A stretch of 36,916 bases of DNA from an uncultured Parabacteroides sp. (GTDB lineage: Bacteria; Bacteroidota; Bacteroidia; Bacteroidales; Tannerellaceae), in the NCBI GenBank assembly GCA_964580505.1, contig CAZOKT010000001.1:1-36916 (forward strand). Reading direction: 5' to 3'. Both the position numbers and the translations under genes were made by a program. Shown in pieces: positions 18,617 to 27,413 of the stretch. The first letter of the stretch is position 1; each line of letters begins with the position of its first letter. The notes under the pieces were generated by a model. That model ran no database searches. It saw nothing but the letters and a program-made list of their open reading frames with translations, and was not told the origin of the DNA.

Positions 18617-18932
18617 GCTTTCGCACAGCTTCGACAGGTCAAGGTGGAGAACGGAAGAGCTGTCGCACAACTACGACAGCTGAAAATTTCTCAACGGAAT
18701 GCTCCCGCACGACTGCGACGGCAGAAAATTTCCAAAGGGAATGCTTTCGCACAGCTTCGACAGGTCAAGGCGGAGAACGGAAGAGCTTTCGCACAACTGC
18801 GACGGCAGAAAGTTTCCCGGCGGAATGCTTTCGCACAAGTGCGACAGGTCAGGGTGGACAACAGAAGAGCTGTCGCACGACTGCGACAGCTGAAAGTTGC
18901 GCAACGAAATGTTGTCTCACGGCTGCAACAGC
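18617..18932. repeat. tandem array of 8 units of exactly 42 bp: 21-bp palindromic core plus two classes of 21-bp linker (REP/BIME-like)
   Basis: cores start at 18617, 18659, 18701, 18743, 18785, 18827, 18869, 18911; consensus GCTKTCGCACRRCTGCGACRG; linker order A-B-B-A-B-A-B (A about GTCAAGGTGGAGAACGGAAGA, B about CWGAAARTTTCNCAACGGAAT). Confidence 0.95.
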
Positions 18933-20644
18933 CGCTCCACACTGGTGTCGCCTAACTCTTTTGCTTTTTGCAAGGCGATGCGTGCCTCATCCGGCTTTCC
19001 GATTCGTTGCAAACAGATACCGCGCAGCCGGTAGCAAGCTGCGAACTCCGGCGCAATCGCCAACGCTTTGTCAATGCTTTGCAGCGCTTCGTCGTATCTC
19101 TTCTGCCGGATATAAATGGATGCTTCTTCCGCCGGATACATCGCCTCTCGTGGAGAAAGTCTCATAGCCTGCTGAATATCGGCAAGTGCGCCGTCGAAAT
19201 CCTCCATGCGGAATTTTGCCTGCTCGCGGTAGAAGAAAAAGCTGTCATCCACTTTGCCGTTGTAAATCTGATAGTAGAGGTCATAGTCCGCCACTACTTC
19301 CGGGTATTGCATCAGGCGCAGACGCCAGTCGATACGTTCCAAGACGAAAGGCGCAGCCTCTATGGACGGCGGATTCCCGCAGCATGCCACCGCACTGTCC
19401 AGCAACTGGATGATTTCGCCGATATTGAAGCCCGTCGTAGCCGACTTTGCCTTCGACGCCATATACCAACTGTTTGCGTTGGCCGCGTTGCTCTGGTTTA
19501 CAATCATGTATTCCTGATAAGCCTGTTCGTACTGATTCTGATAGAGATAAATATCTGCCTGCAATTGATGATAAGCCGGCTCATCTTTTGTCCGAATGGC
19601 TTTTGTCAGTACTTCTTGTGCGTGAGCCAGATTCCAGTTCGGGTTTGCTTGCAAGGTCGTGTCGGAAACGGCAACCGAATAAATCAATTGAGCCGCATCG
19701 TAGAGCGCCTCGCTTTTATCGCCGGCCAACTCAACAGAACGTTTCATATCTGCCTCCGCTTTAGTAAGACACGCAGCCAAACCAGCCTCATCGGAAGCTA
19801 AGCTCGTACGGCGGAACACGTAATGCGAAGCCCGGCGCGAATAGCTCTCCCACCAATTGGGGAAAGTCGCCACGAAGTCATTCAATGTTTCCAGAAAAGT
19901 TTTGGCATCTTGCGTATTCTCCATAATATAAGTGGCAATCTTCGCCTGCTCGCGATCGTCCGGCCAAGCTTTCCGAATACCGATATTCGTATAAGTCGAA
20001 CTGAACATATTCGTCGAAGAAATATTCAGGCTGTTGGCATAAGCTGCCGAAACGGCGTAGGAACATTCTTTTTTGCCCGAGGCGTCCTCTTGTGCCAATC
20101 CGAATACTTGTCCTTCTTCATTGAAGACCGGAGCATTCACCCAGCCTTCTTCCAATGGGAAAGTCAGCTTGTAATAATTGTATGACTCTTTAAGTTTGGA
20201 AACCTCTTCCACCTTTCCGTTTCCGAAATTTCCCACTTTGCCTTTATTCTCGACAAAAGGCAGGAGATAGACCGGCGCATCTATCGCAAGCGGAGAGGTA
20301 GCCATTACCAAGTAATCCACTTTCTTCGGGATATCCACTTGTAGTTTGATGACATCATAAAGCTCATCTGCCGCCAATACACGCGACACCGGATATGTTT
20401 TGCCTTGCGTATCCGTAACGATGGCCTTATCTGCACCGTTGAATAAGGAATAAGCCGAAAGCAATTTGCCATCTTCTGCAATAAAGAATCCTGTTCCGTT
20501 ATGCAAGGTGGAGCCATCAGCTTTATAAGTCGTAATACGAACGACCGCTTTTTTCTGTTTCTCCATCCATTTGGGAGCATTCTGTTGGGCAAAGGCGAAA
20601 AGTGAAAAACTGCCCAAAGCCATTATCAATATAATCTTTTTCAT
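18917..20644 (-). CDS. exported protein with a trypsin-like (probably inactive) domain and C-terminal TPR repeats
   Basis: signal peptide MKKIILIMALGSFSLFAFA; GTGFFI and PVFNEEGQVFG trypsin-fold motifs; TPR helices (GALADIQQAMRLSP, EALQSIDKALAIAP); start moved to 20644 to avoid overlap with the FHA gene. Confidence 0.85.
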   Translation of the reverse strand: MKKIILIMALGSFSLFAFAQQNAPKWMEKQKKAVVRITTYKADGSTLHNGTGFFIAEDGKLLSAYSLFNGADKAIVTDTQGKTYPVSRVLAADELYDVIKLQVDIPKKVDYLVMATSPLAIDAPVYLLPFVENKGKVGNFGNGKVEEVSKLKESYNYYKLTFPLEEGWVNAPVFNEEGQVFGLAQEDASGKKECSYAVSAAYANSLNISSTNMFSSTYTNIGIRKAWPDDREQAKIATYIMENTQDAKTFLETLNDFVATFPNWWESYSRRASHYVFRRTSLASDEAGLAACLTKAEADMKRSVELAGDKSEALYDAAQLIYSVAVSDTTLQANPNWNLAHAQEVLTKAIRTKDEPAYHQLQADIYLYQNQYEQAYQEYMIVNQSNAANANSWYMASKAKSATTGFNIGEIIQLLDSAVACCGNPPSIEAAPFVLERIDWRLRLMQYPEVVADYDLYYQIYNGKVDDSFFFYREQAKFRMEDFDGALADIQQAMRLSPREAMYPAEEASIYIRQKRYDEALQSIDKALAIAPEFAACYRLRGICLQRIGKPDEARIALQKAKELGDTSVERLLQP

Positions 20645-20660
20645 GCTTATCGTATGGTTT

Positions 20661-21200
20661 TTATGATTGTTCTCTTTCCCCGTCGGGTGTTCGTAAAATA
20701 AAGGTTGTGGCACCGATGGTGATGACATCACCATCTTCAATTCGTGCAACCTCTTTATTCCCTAATAATTCATTGCGTAGGAATGTGCCGGTCAGACTTG
20801 GAAAGTCTCGCACCGAGTAGATTAATTTCCCGTCCTTGTCCTGCTTCACGTTGATGACACAATGTTTACGCCCCATACTGGGATCGTTTGTGATGATAGG
20901 AACATCCACGCCGTCGGTATCTTTATTGCGCCTGCCAATCACATTGTCTCCCAATTCCAAAGGCAAATCCTGTTTGAATGCGAAATTATTCTCGATAACG
21001 GTAATGAATCCATGCGAGAAGTCAGATTCTTTTATTTCTTTCTCTTGTCCTGCCTTTGTACGGACAATCTTTCTTCCTATTTTGATTTTGAATTGCGATG
21101 CGCATTGCGGACAAACCATTGCCACCACTTTCCCGTCTTCGTATTTACTATCATCAAACACGATTTGATTGTCGCATTTCGGGCAAAATACTCGTTTCAT
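20661..21200 (-). CDS. zinc-ribbon + FHA domain protein
   Basis: CPKC...CPQC; FHA-like NVIGR, RKHCVI, VRDFPSLTGTFL, DGDVITIG; start placed at 21200, downstream of the -7 element. Confidence 0.85.
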   Translation of the reverse strand: MKRVFCPKCDNQIVFDDSKYEDGKVVAMVCPQCASQFKIKIGRKIVRTKAGQEKEIKESDFSHGFITVIENNFAFKQDLPLELGDNVIGRRNKDTDGVDVPIITNDPSMGRKHCVINVKQDKDGKLIYSVRDFPSLTGTFLRNELLGNKEVARIEDGDVITIGATTFILRTPDGEREQS

Positions 21201-21218
21201 CTGCTTTTTAATTTTCCG

Positions 21219-21226
21219 CAAAGATA
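21219..21226 (-). promoter_or_regulatory. -7 element (TATCTTTG) for the FHA-TPR operon
   Basis: TAnnTTTG match 18 bp before the ATG at 21200. Confidence 0.65.
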
Positions 21227-21321
21227 CGCAATCTGCTCAATAAGACAAGGTAAAGCCTGTAGAATACGGAAAAAGAAGCAAGAAAATAAAGAGAAGGCAA
21301 ATCAATCACCGGCGAAACTTA

Positions 21322-21329
21322 TATATTTG
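21322..21329 (+). promoter_or_regulatory. -7 element (TATATTTG), divergent promoter
   Basis: TAnnTTTG match 20 bp before the ATG at 21350. Confidence 0.65.
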
Positions 21330-21349
21330 CACTCGAAATTAAATGAGCT

Positions 21350-21913
21350 ATGACAAAAAGTTTGATATATACTCGTACGGGAGATAAAGGGAAAACCTCA
21401 TTGGTTGGTGGACAACGCGTATCGAAAGCACATCGGCGTATCGAGAGTTATGGTACGATAGACGAGCTGAATTCATTCATCGGATTGCTAATGACTTCAT
21501 TAGAAGAGCAAGAGGATTTGGATTTCCTTTTGTTTGTACAACACAGATTATTCACAATCGGCTCCTACTTGGCTACTGACCAAGCGACTACGGAACTTCG
21601 GATAGAAAGCAAAGTAACACCAGAATGCATTACTAAAATCGAGCAAGAGATAGACCGCATAGATGAGTCATTGCCTAAGATGACTAATTTCGTCTTGCCG
21701 GGAGGATGCCGTTCGGCATCGTTAGCACATGTATGCCGGACTGTCTGCCGACGGGCAGAACGCCGAATTTATGGTCTGGCAGAGGAAAGCGAAGTTGAAG
21801 AGCTTGTTTTGATTTTTATCAATAGACTATCTGATTATCTGTTCGTTATAGCTCGGAAGGAATGTTTGAAGAATAATGGCAAAGAAATTATTTGGGATTA
21901 TACTTGCTTCTAA
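21350..21913 (+). CDS. PduO-type ATP:cob(I)alamin adenosyltransferase
   Basis: IYTRTGDKGKTSL, YGTIDELNS, FVLPGG, RTVCRRAER, NRLSDYLF. Confidence 0.95.
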   Translation: MTKSLIYTRTGDKGKTSLVGGQRVSKAHRRIESYGTIDELNSFIGLLMTSLEEQEDLDFLLFVQHRLFTIGSYLATDQATTELRIESKVTPECITKIEQEIDRIDESLPKMTNFVLPGGCRSASLAHVCRTVCRRAERRIYGLAEESEVEELVLIFINRLSDYLFVIARKECLKNNGKEIIWDYTCF

Positions 21914-21925
21914 AGAATATTGTTA

Positions 21926-21933
21926 TACTTTTG
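21926..21933 (+). promoter_or_regulatory. -7 element (TACTTTTG) for the DUF2795 gene
   Basis: TAnnTTTG match in the intergenic region. Confidence 0.6.
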
Positions 21934-21988
21934 CGGAAAATTTGGAACCGGACTACTTACATTCAGTAGTCTTTTAATATGAAAAACT

Positions 21989-22210
21989 ATGTATTGGACA
22001 TTAGAATTGGCTTCAAAACTGGAAGATGCACCATGGCCTGCAACTAAAGATGAACTGATTGATTATGCTCAGCGTTCAGGCGCGCCATTAGAGGTAATAG
22101 AAAACCTGCAAGAAATAGAAGATGAAGGCGAAATATACGAATGTATGGAAGATATTTGGCCGGATTATCCCAGCAAGGAAGACTTTTTCTTCAACGAAGA
22201 GGAATATTGA
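21989..22210 (+). CDS. DUF2795 family small acidic protein
   Basis: MYWTLELASKLEDAPWPATKDELIDYA..SGAP.EV recognised as the conserved Bacteroidetes DUF2795 sequence. Confidence 0.9.
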   Translation: MYWTLELASKLEDAPWPATKDELIDYAQRSGAPLEVIENLQEIEDEGEIYECMEDIWPDYPSKEDFFFNEEEY

Positions 22211-22247
22211 TTATTGTTTGGAACGCGTCGAATAAGACAAGGATAAC

Positions 22248-22291
22248 AACGAGGAGGTAAGGCACAGACCTTATCTGCCTCGTTTGTTTTT
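22248..22291 (+). terminator. intrinsic terminator after DUF2795
   Basis: aacgagg-aggtaagg / ccttatct-g-cctcgtt stem followed by tgttttt. Confidence 0.75.
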
Positions 22292-22328
22292 CTGCATAAA
22301 AAGCAATAAATGACAGAATTTATAGTTA

Positions 22329-22336
22329 TAATTTTG
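22329..22336 (+). promoter_or_regulatory. -7 element (TAATTTTG) for porPKLMN
   Basis: TAnnTTTG match 39 bp before the GTG start. Confidence 0.55.
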
Positions 22337-22375
22337 CTAAGCCACAATTATAATTATTGAATATCTGATAAAAGA

Positions 22376-23320
22376 GTGAAGAGACTTCTTATTCTTATTA
22401 CATTGTTATTCGCTTGCTGGCAGGGCATCAATGCCCAGCAGGATGCTCCGTTAAGCCACTATTTTATGGCGACATCCTATTTTAATCCGGCATCTGCAGG
22501 AAATAGTGAGGATTTGAAGATGTTGGCTCTCTTTAATCAGCAAATGGTAGGAATGCCGGGTGCATGGCGTTCGTTTTTTGTTTCAGCCGATATGCCACTC
22601 AAATGGGGAAAGACCAATCATGGCATTGGAATGGGAGTCCGTGCAGAAAGTATCGGACTGTCCAAATATACGTATGCAGGTGTGCAATATGCTTATAAAC
22701 AGAAATTTTTTGGAGGCATATTAAGCGGAGGATTACAAATAGGGTTTGTCAATACGTCGTTCAATGCCGATAGTATTTACATTCCGGTAAGTGATTATCA
22801 TGTGCAAGAAGATGAAGCCTTTCCGGAGAGCAATGCCAGTGGAATGGGTATAGATATAAACGTCGGTTTGTTTTATATGCACAAAAAATTTTATGCGGGT
22901 ATAGGATTTACGCATATTACAGGACCAGAGCTCCAATTGGAAGAAAACGTATACACTTATATCGGAGGAATGCTTAATTTTATGGGTGGATACAATATTA
23001 AATTAAATAATCCGTTATTTGAATTAAAACCTTCCGTTTTCTATATGACAGATTTGACAAATCATCATTTAGATGTGACGGCTCGGATAGAATATAATAC
23101 AATGTTTAATGGGGGTATTTCTTGGAAAATGAATGAATCGGTAGGCTTATTATTGGGTGCAAATATTGGCCGTTTTAGTTTAGGCTATTCGTTTGATTAT
23201 CCAACTACGGCAATTCAACGAGCAACATCTGGAAACCATGAAATTGTGCTCCTGTATCGGTTAAAACTGAAGAAAACGAAAACAGGAAATACACGACATA
23301 AAAGCGTACGCATATTATAG
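22376..23320 (+). CDS. porP: type IX secretion PorP/SprF family beta-barrel
   Basis: signal peptide ending AQQD, YFNPASAG, GYSFDY, GNHEI.L.Y; first gene of the porPKLMN cluster; GTG start. Confidence 0.88.
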   Translation: MKRLLILITLLFACWQGINAQQDAPLSHYFMATSYFNPASAGNSEDLKMLALFNQQMVGMPGAWRSFFVSADMPLKWGKTNHGIGMGVRAESIGLSKYTYAGVQYAYKQKFFGGILSGGLQIGFVNTSFNADSIYIPVSDYHVQEDEAFPESNASGMGIDINVGLFYMHKKFYAGIGFTHITGPELQLEENVYTYIGGMLNFMGGYNIKLNNPLFELKPSVFYMTDLTNHHLDVTARIEYNTMFNGGISWKMNESVGLLLGANIGRFSLGYSFDYPTTAIQRATSGNHEIVLLYRLKLKKTKTGNTRHKSVRIL

Positions 23321-23324
23321 GTAT

Positions 23325-24755
23325 ATGAAGAATATTGGTATAATCCTTCTGGCAGCAATAGCGCTGCTTACCTCTTGCGGAAGATCATTTTCAGCAGGAG
23401 GAGGAGAAGTTACAGGGGTGCGGTCGATGGCTATTAACGAACCTGCTCCTTACGGAATGATATTGATTAAGAGAGGGTCGTTTGAAATGGGACCTGCTGA
23501 TAAGGATTCGGTATGGGGAATTATGCCGGACAAGAAAGGCATTTCTGTAGATGCTTTTTGGATGGACGAAACAGAAACTACAAATGCGGAATATAGGCAA
23601 TTTGTCTATTGGGTGCGTGATTCCATCATTCGTGAACGTTTGGCAGACCCAGCTTATGGAGGCAATGATTTGTTCAAGATTACGGAAGATAAATATGGCG
23701 ATCCGGTTACTCCCCATTTGGACTGGAGCCGTCCAATCCCATGGAAACGTGCGAATGAGGATGAAATTCGTGCCATAGAAAGTGTATATTATACTAATCC
23801 TGTGACAGGAGAAAAGAAACTGGATCCGAAACAGATGGTTTATAGATACGAATGGTATGACTATACAGCTGCTGCATTACGGAAAAACCAGATGGATCCG
23901 GCTGACCGTGTCCGTAATACGGATATAGAGGTCGATCCGAATGAGGTGATTATGATTTCGAAAGATACAGCCTATATCGATGAAGAGGGGAATATTATAA
24001 ACGAAACGATAATTCGTCCGAGAAGCGGTCCGTGGGATTTCTTGCATACGCATATTGTCAATATTTATCCGGATGAAAATTGCTGGGTAAATGATTTCAA
24101 CAATTCCTATAATGAACCTTATACACGTATGTATTTCAATCATCCGGGATACGATGATTATCCAGTAGTAGGCGTTTCATGGGAACAGGCCACGGCTTAT
24201 TGCGTATGGCGTACCAATTTATATAAACAATCACTAAGTTTGCCGGCAGGACAAGTCATTGAACCTTTTCGTTTACCGACTGAGGGAGAATGGGAATATG
24301 CCGCACGTTGTGGCAAAAATGAAAATAAATATCCATGGTCGGGCGATAATCTGACAGATGCAAAAGATTGCTTTTTGGGTAACTTTAAACCGGGAAAAGG
24401 AAATTATACAGAAGATGGACATCTGATTACTTCGCGTGTTGGTTCTTTTGCGGCTAATGAATTTGGACTATATGATATGGCCGGCAATGTTTCTGAATGG
24501 ACATCAACTGCTTATTCAGAATCAGGACCTAACCAGATGAGCGATATCAATCCGGAATTGCGTTATAATGCTGCCAAAGAAGACCCATATGCATTAAAGA
24601 AAAAAGTTGTACGGGGAGGTTCATGGAAAGATGTTTCACAATTTATCCGTTCTGATATGCGCAGCTTTGAATATCAGAATGAAACACGCTCATATATAGG
24701 TTTCCGTTGTGTTAGGACACAAATCGGATTTTCAAAATCGAAGGGAAAGAAGTAA
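23325..24755 (+). CDS. porK: T9SS lipoprotein PorK/GldK (FGE-sulfatase fold)
   Basis: lipobox LTSC; DETETTNAEYRQFV, YPVVGVSW, RLPTEGEWEYAAR, GLYDMAGNVSEW, RGGSWKD, IGFRCV. Confidence 0.93.
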   Translation: MKNIGIILLAAIALLTSCGRSFSAGGGEVTGVRSMAINEPAPYGMILIKRGSFEMGPADKDSVWGIMPDKKGISVDAFWMDETETTNAEYRQFVYWVRDSIIRERLADPAYGGNDLFKITEDKYGDPVTPHLDWSRPIPWKRANEDEIRAIESVYYTNPVTGEKKLDPKQMVYRYEWYDYTAAALRKNQMDPADRVRNTDIEVDPNEVIMISKDTAYIDEEGNIINETIIRPRSGPWDFLHTHIVNIYPDENCWVNDFNNSYNEPYTRMYFNHPGYDDYPVVGVSWEQATAYCVWRTNLYKQSLSLPAGQVIEPFRLPTEGEWEYAARCGKNENKYPWSGDNLTDAKDCFLGNFKPGKGNYTEDGHLITSRVGSFAANEFGLYDMAGNVSEWTSTAYSESGPNQMSDINPELRYNAAKEDPYALKKKVVRGGSWKDVSQFIRSDMRSFEYQNETRSYIGFRCVRTQIGFSKSKGKK

Positions 24756-24773
24756 ACTATAAACTTAAGAGAT

Positions 24774-25799
24774 ATGGGAAAATATAGAAGGTACAAAAAT
24801 ATAATTGAGATGTTCCTTTCCAGCGAGAAAGGAAAACGTGTCTTAAATTTCTGTTATAGTTGGGGTGCATCTATTGTTATTCTCGGTGCATTATTCAAAC
24901 TATTGCATTTGCCCTATGCAAATCAGCTTCTGTTTTTTGCGATGATAACAGAAGCTGCCGTATTTTTTATTTCTGCATTTGAACGTCCTCAAAATGAATA
25001 CCATTGGGAAGATGTATTCCCGGTATTAAAATCGAAAAATCCATTAGATCGTCCGGCTTTTGCCAAAGAGAATAGTGATGTGGCAATGAATGGAATTAAT
25101 ACTGGAGGAACGGTCATTATGAATGGGAACAATGTGGCGCAAGGGAATAATGCTGGTGCCACTGCCACTGCGGCTGCTTCTTTGGGATTGGACGTTACAG
25201 AAGATGATACTAGAAATTTGTCAGATAGTATCAAAAAATTAAGTGGAGCGGCTGAACAAATCTCAAAGATGGCAGAGTTAACAGAAGCTACTCAGAAATA
25301 TTTAGAACAAATTTCTTCTGTATCAGAACAAATGGAAAAATTCAATCAAGTAACAAGCTCTTTAACTGAAGCCTCAGATTCTTTGTTGAATTCTTATAAG
25401 ACAATCACAGACCATTCAGACGGAGTAACGCAAAACTCACAAAGTTATATAGAGCAAATGGAAATTCTGAATAAAAATATTTCCGGATTAAACTCTGCAT
25501 ACGAAATGCAAGTGAAGAGTATTTCCATTCAAATGGAAAATATTGAACGCATTAATAGCAGTTTGACTCGAATGCGGGAAATGTATGATGGTTCTGTTGT
25601 AGATAGTTCCGTATTCCGAAGCGAAACAGAAAAGATGACTCAGCAAATATCCCAGTTGAGTCAGGTTTATAGTCGATTGCTACAAGCAATGACGGTGAAT
25701 ATGTACACGCCGCCGCAGCCTAATTATCAGGTTCCGCAACCTCCTTATCAACAACCTTATGGTTATCAGCAACCATACACTGGACAACGACAAGGGTAA
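24774..25799 (+). CDS. porL: T9SS motor subunit PorL/GldL
   Basis: YSWGASIVILGALFKL.H; TM2 TEAAVFFISAFE with the conserved glutamates; YHWEDVFP; coiled-coil cytoplasmic domain. Confidence 0.93.
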   Translation: MGKYRRYKNIIEMFLSSEKGKRVLNFCYSWGASIVILGALFKLLHLPYANQLLFFAMITEAAVFFISAFERPQNEYHWEDVFPVLKSKNPLDRPAFAKENSDVAMNGINTGGTVIMNGNNVAQGNNAGATATAAASLGLDVTEDDTRNLSDSIKKLSGAAEQISKMAELTEATQKYLEQISSVSEQMEKFNQVTSSLTEASDSLLNSYKTITDHSDGVTQNSQSYIEQMEILNKNISGLNSAYEMQVKSISIQMENIERINSSLTRMREMYDGSVVDSSVFRSETEKMTQQISQLSQVYSRLLQAMTVNMYTPPQPNYQVPQPPYQQPYGYQQPYTGQRQG

Positions 25800-25833
25800 T
25801 TGAGATAATAAATTGTAGAACAAGATAAATACA

Positions 25834-27402
25834 ATGGCAGGAGTAGCGAATAATCCTAATTCACCGCGTCAGAAAATGATAAATCTGATGTACTTGGTGT
25901 TCATCGCCATGATGGCGTTGAATGTTTCTACCGAAGTACTGGATGGATTTGAACTGGTGCAGAATAGTTTGCGTACTTCCATCGACAATTCCACACATCG
26001 TAATGATATCGTGGCCGAAAATATGAAATCGGCATACCAAACTAATCCAGTCAAGGTAAAAGAATGGTATGAGAAAAGTCTGGAAGTAAAGCAAATATCC
26101 GACTCTTTATTCAATTATATACAAGATTTGAAATTGCAAATTGCAATCTTAGCTGATGGGAAAGATGCAAATGTTGATAATATAGAACATAAGGATGATT
26201 TGGAAGCTGCTGCACGTGTTATGTTGGCTCCGATAAAAGGCGAGGGCAAAAATCTAAGACTTACTATTGATGCGTATCGTGAACGATTAAGTGAATTGGT
26301 GCAAGACACAGCTAAAATTCGTATTATTGAGACAGCATTGAGTACAGAACCTCTTTATAAAGCAGGAATCCAAGCACGCACATGGGAAACTGCATTGTTT
26401 GAAAATATGCCAGTCGCTGCAGCAATTACTTTACTTACGAAAGTACAAAGTGATATCCGATATGCAGAAGGCGAAGTGCTTTCTCATTTATTAAGTAGTG
26501 TAGATGTTGGAGATTTTCGTGTAAATAAGATAACGGCGCAAGTCATTCCGCAGAGCCAAATTGTAATGCGAGGTAGCCAATATCAAGCGAATATTGTTTT
26601 GTCGGCTGTTGACTCAACGAAACGTCCAATCATTTTTGTCAATGGAGAAGAATTGTCGGCAGAAAAGAAAGGTTTATTTACAGTAAATACCGGTTCTACT
26701 GGAACTTTTCCTATTGAAGGTTATATCGAAATGCCGAATAGTGATGGCGGGATTAATAAGTATCCATTCCAGAGTGAATATTTCGTAACGGAGCCGAGTG
26801 CAACAGTCGCTTCTACATTGATGAACGTATTGTATGCTGGTATAGCTAATCCTGTTCGTATTGCGGTTCCTGGCGTACCAAGCGGTAATGTGACAGCAAC
26901 GATGACGAACGGGACATTGACACGGCAAGGAGAATTATGGGACGCTCGGCCGACTAAAGTAGGTACTGAAGCGATTATTACAGTCAATGCCCGTATGGCT
27001 GACGGACGGAATGTTGAGATGGCCAAGACCTCTTTTCGTGTACGTGCATTACCTGACCCTATGCCTTATATTGAATACAAAGACGAAAACGGGAATGTAC
27101 AAAAAATCCGAGGAGGCAAAATATCAAAGCGCAATTTGGTGGAAGCCGAAGGTATTTTAGCCGCTATTGACGATGACTTATTGAATGTAAATTATACAGT
27201 ATTGAGCTTCGAATTGACTTTTTTTGATTCTATGGGAAATGCCATTCCGGAGGTAGCACAAGGAACAAATTTCTCGCAGCGCCAAAAAGATTATATCCGC
27301 CAACTGTCTCGTGGCAAGCGTTTCTATATTACCAATGTAATTGCAAAAGGACCGGACGGAATCGAACGTAAAATATCAACTGTTGAAGTAATTGTAAATT
27401 AA
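25834..27402 (+). CDS. porM: T9SS motor subunit PorM/GldM
   Basis: [58 protein letters not shown]. Confidence 0.94.
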   Translation: MAGVANNPNSPRQKMINLMYLVFIAMMALNVSTEVLDGFELVQNSLRTSIDNSTHRNDIVAENMKSAYQTNPVKVKEWYEKSLEVKQISDSLFNYIQDLKLQIAILADGKDANVDNIEHKDDLEAAARVMLAPIKGEGKNLRLTIDAYRERLSELVQDTAKIRIIETALSTEPLYKAGIQARTWETALFENMPVAAAITLLTKVQSDIRYAEGEVLSHLLSSVDVGDFRVNKITAQVIPQSQIVMRGSQYQANIVLSAVDSTKRPIIFVNGEELSAEKKGLFTVNTGSTGTFPIEGYIEMPNSDGGINKYPFQSEYFVTEPSATVASTLMNVLYAGIANPVRIAVPGVPSGNVTATMTNGTLTRQGELWDARPTKVGTEAIITVNARMADGRNVEMAKTSFRVRALPDPMPYIEYKDENGNVQKIRGGKISKRNLVEAEGILAAIDDDLLNVNYTVLSFELTFFDSMGNAIPEVAQGTNFSQRQKDYIRQLSRGKRFYITNVIAKGPDGIERKISTVEVIVN

Positions 27403-27413
27403 TTCCACGTAAT

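Noticed and set aside
18617-18932. CRISPR array
   Set aside because: Spacers are only 21 bp and fall into two repeated classes rather than being unique; the repeats are degenerate; no cas genes are present.
18613-19167. 184-aa ORF and other ORFs over the array (18671-18904, 18691-18942, 18699-18893)
   Set aside because: They are open because the 42-bp period is a multiple of 3; the 184-aa ORF runs antisense into the TPR gene; CxxC-like motifs arise from the palindrome. Only the 18644 frame is kept, as a hypothesis.
18968-19801. 277-aa + strand ORF
   Set aside because: Antisense shadow of the TPR gene in matching codon register; no recognisable motif.
20645-20749. N-terminal extension of the TPR ORF to 20749
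   Set aside because: It overlaps the FHA gene; a clean signal peptide begins at the ATG at 20644.
21230-21349. cobalamin riboswitch before the adenosyltransferase
   Set aside because: The leader is too short (promoter element 20 bp from the ATG) and no B12-box is visible.
23325-24755. PorK as a formylglycine-generating enzyme, or the locus as proof of gliding motility
   Set aside because: The FGE fold is structural in GldK/PorK, and no gliding-specific genes (gldB/D/H/J, sprB) are in the window.
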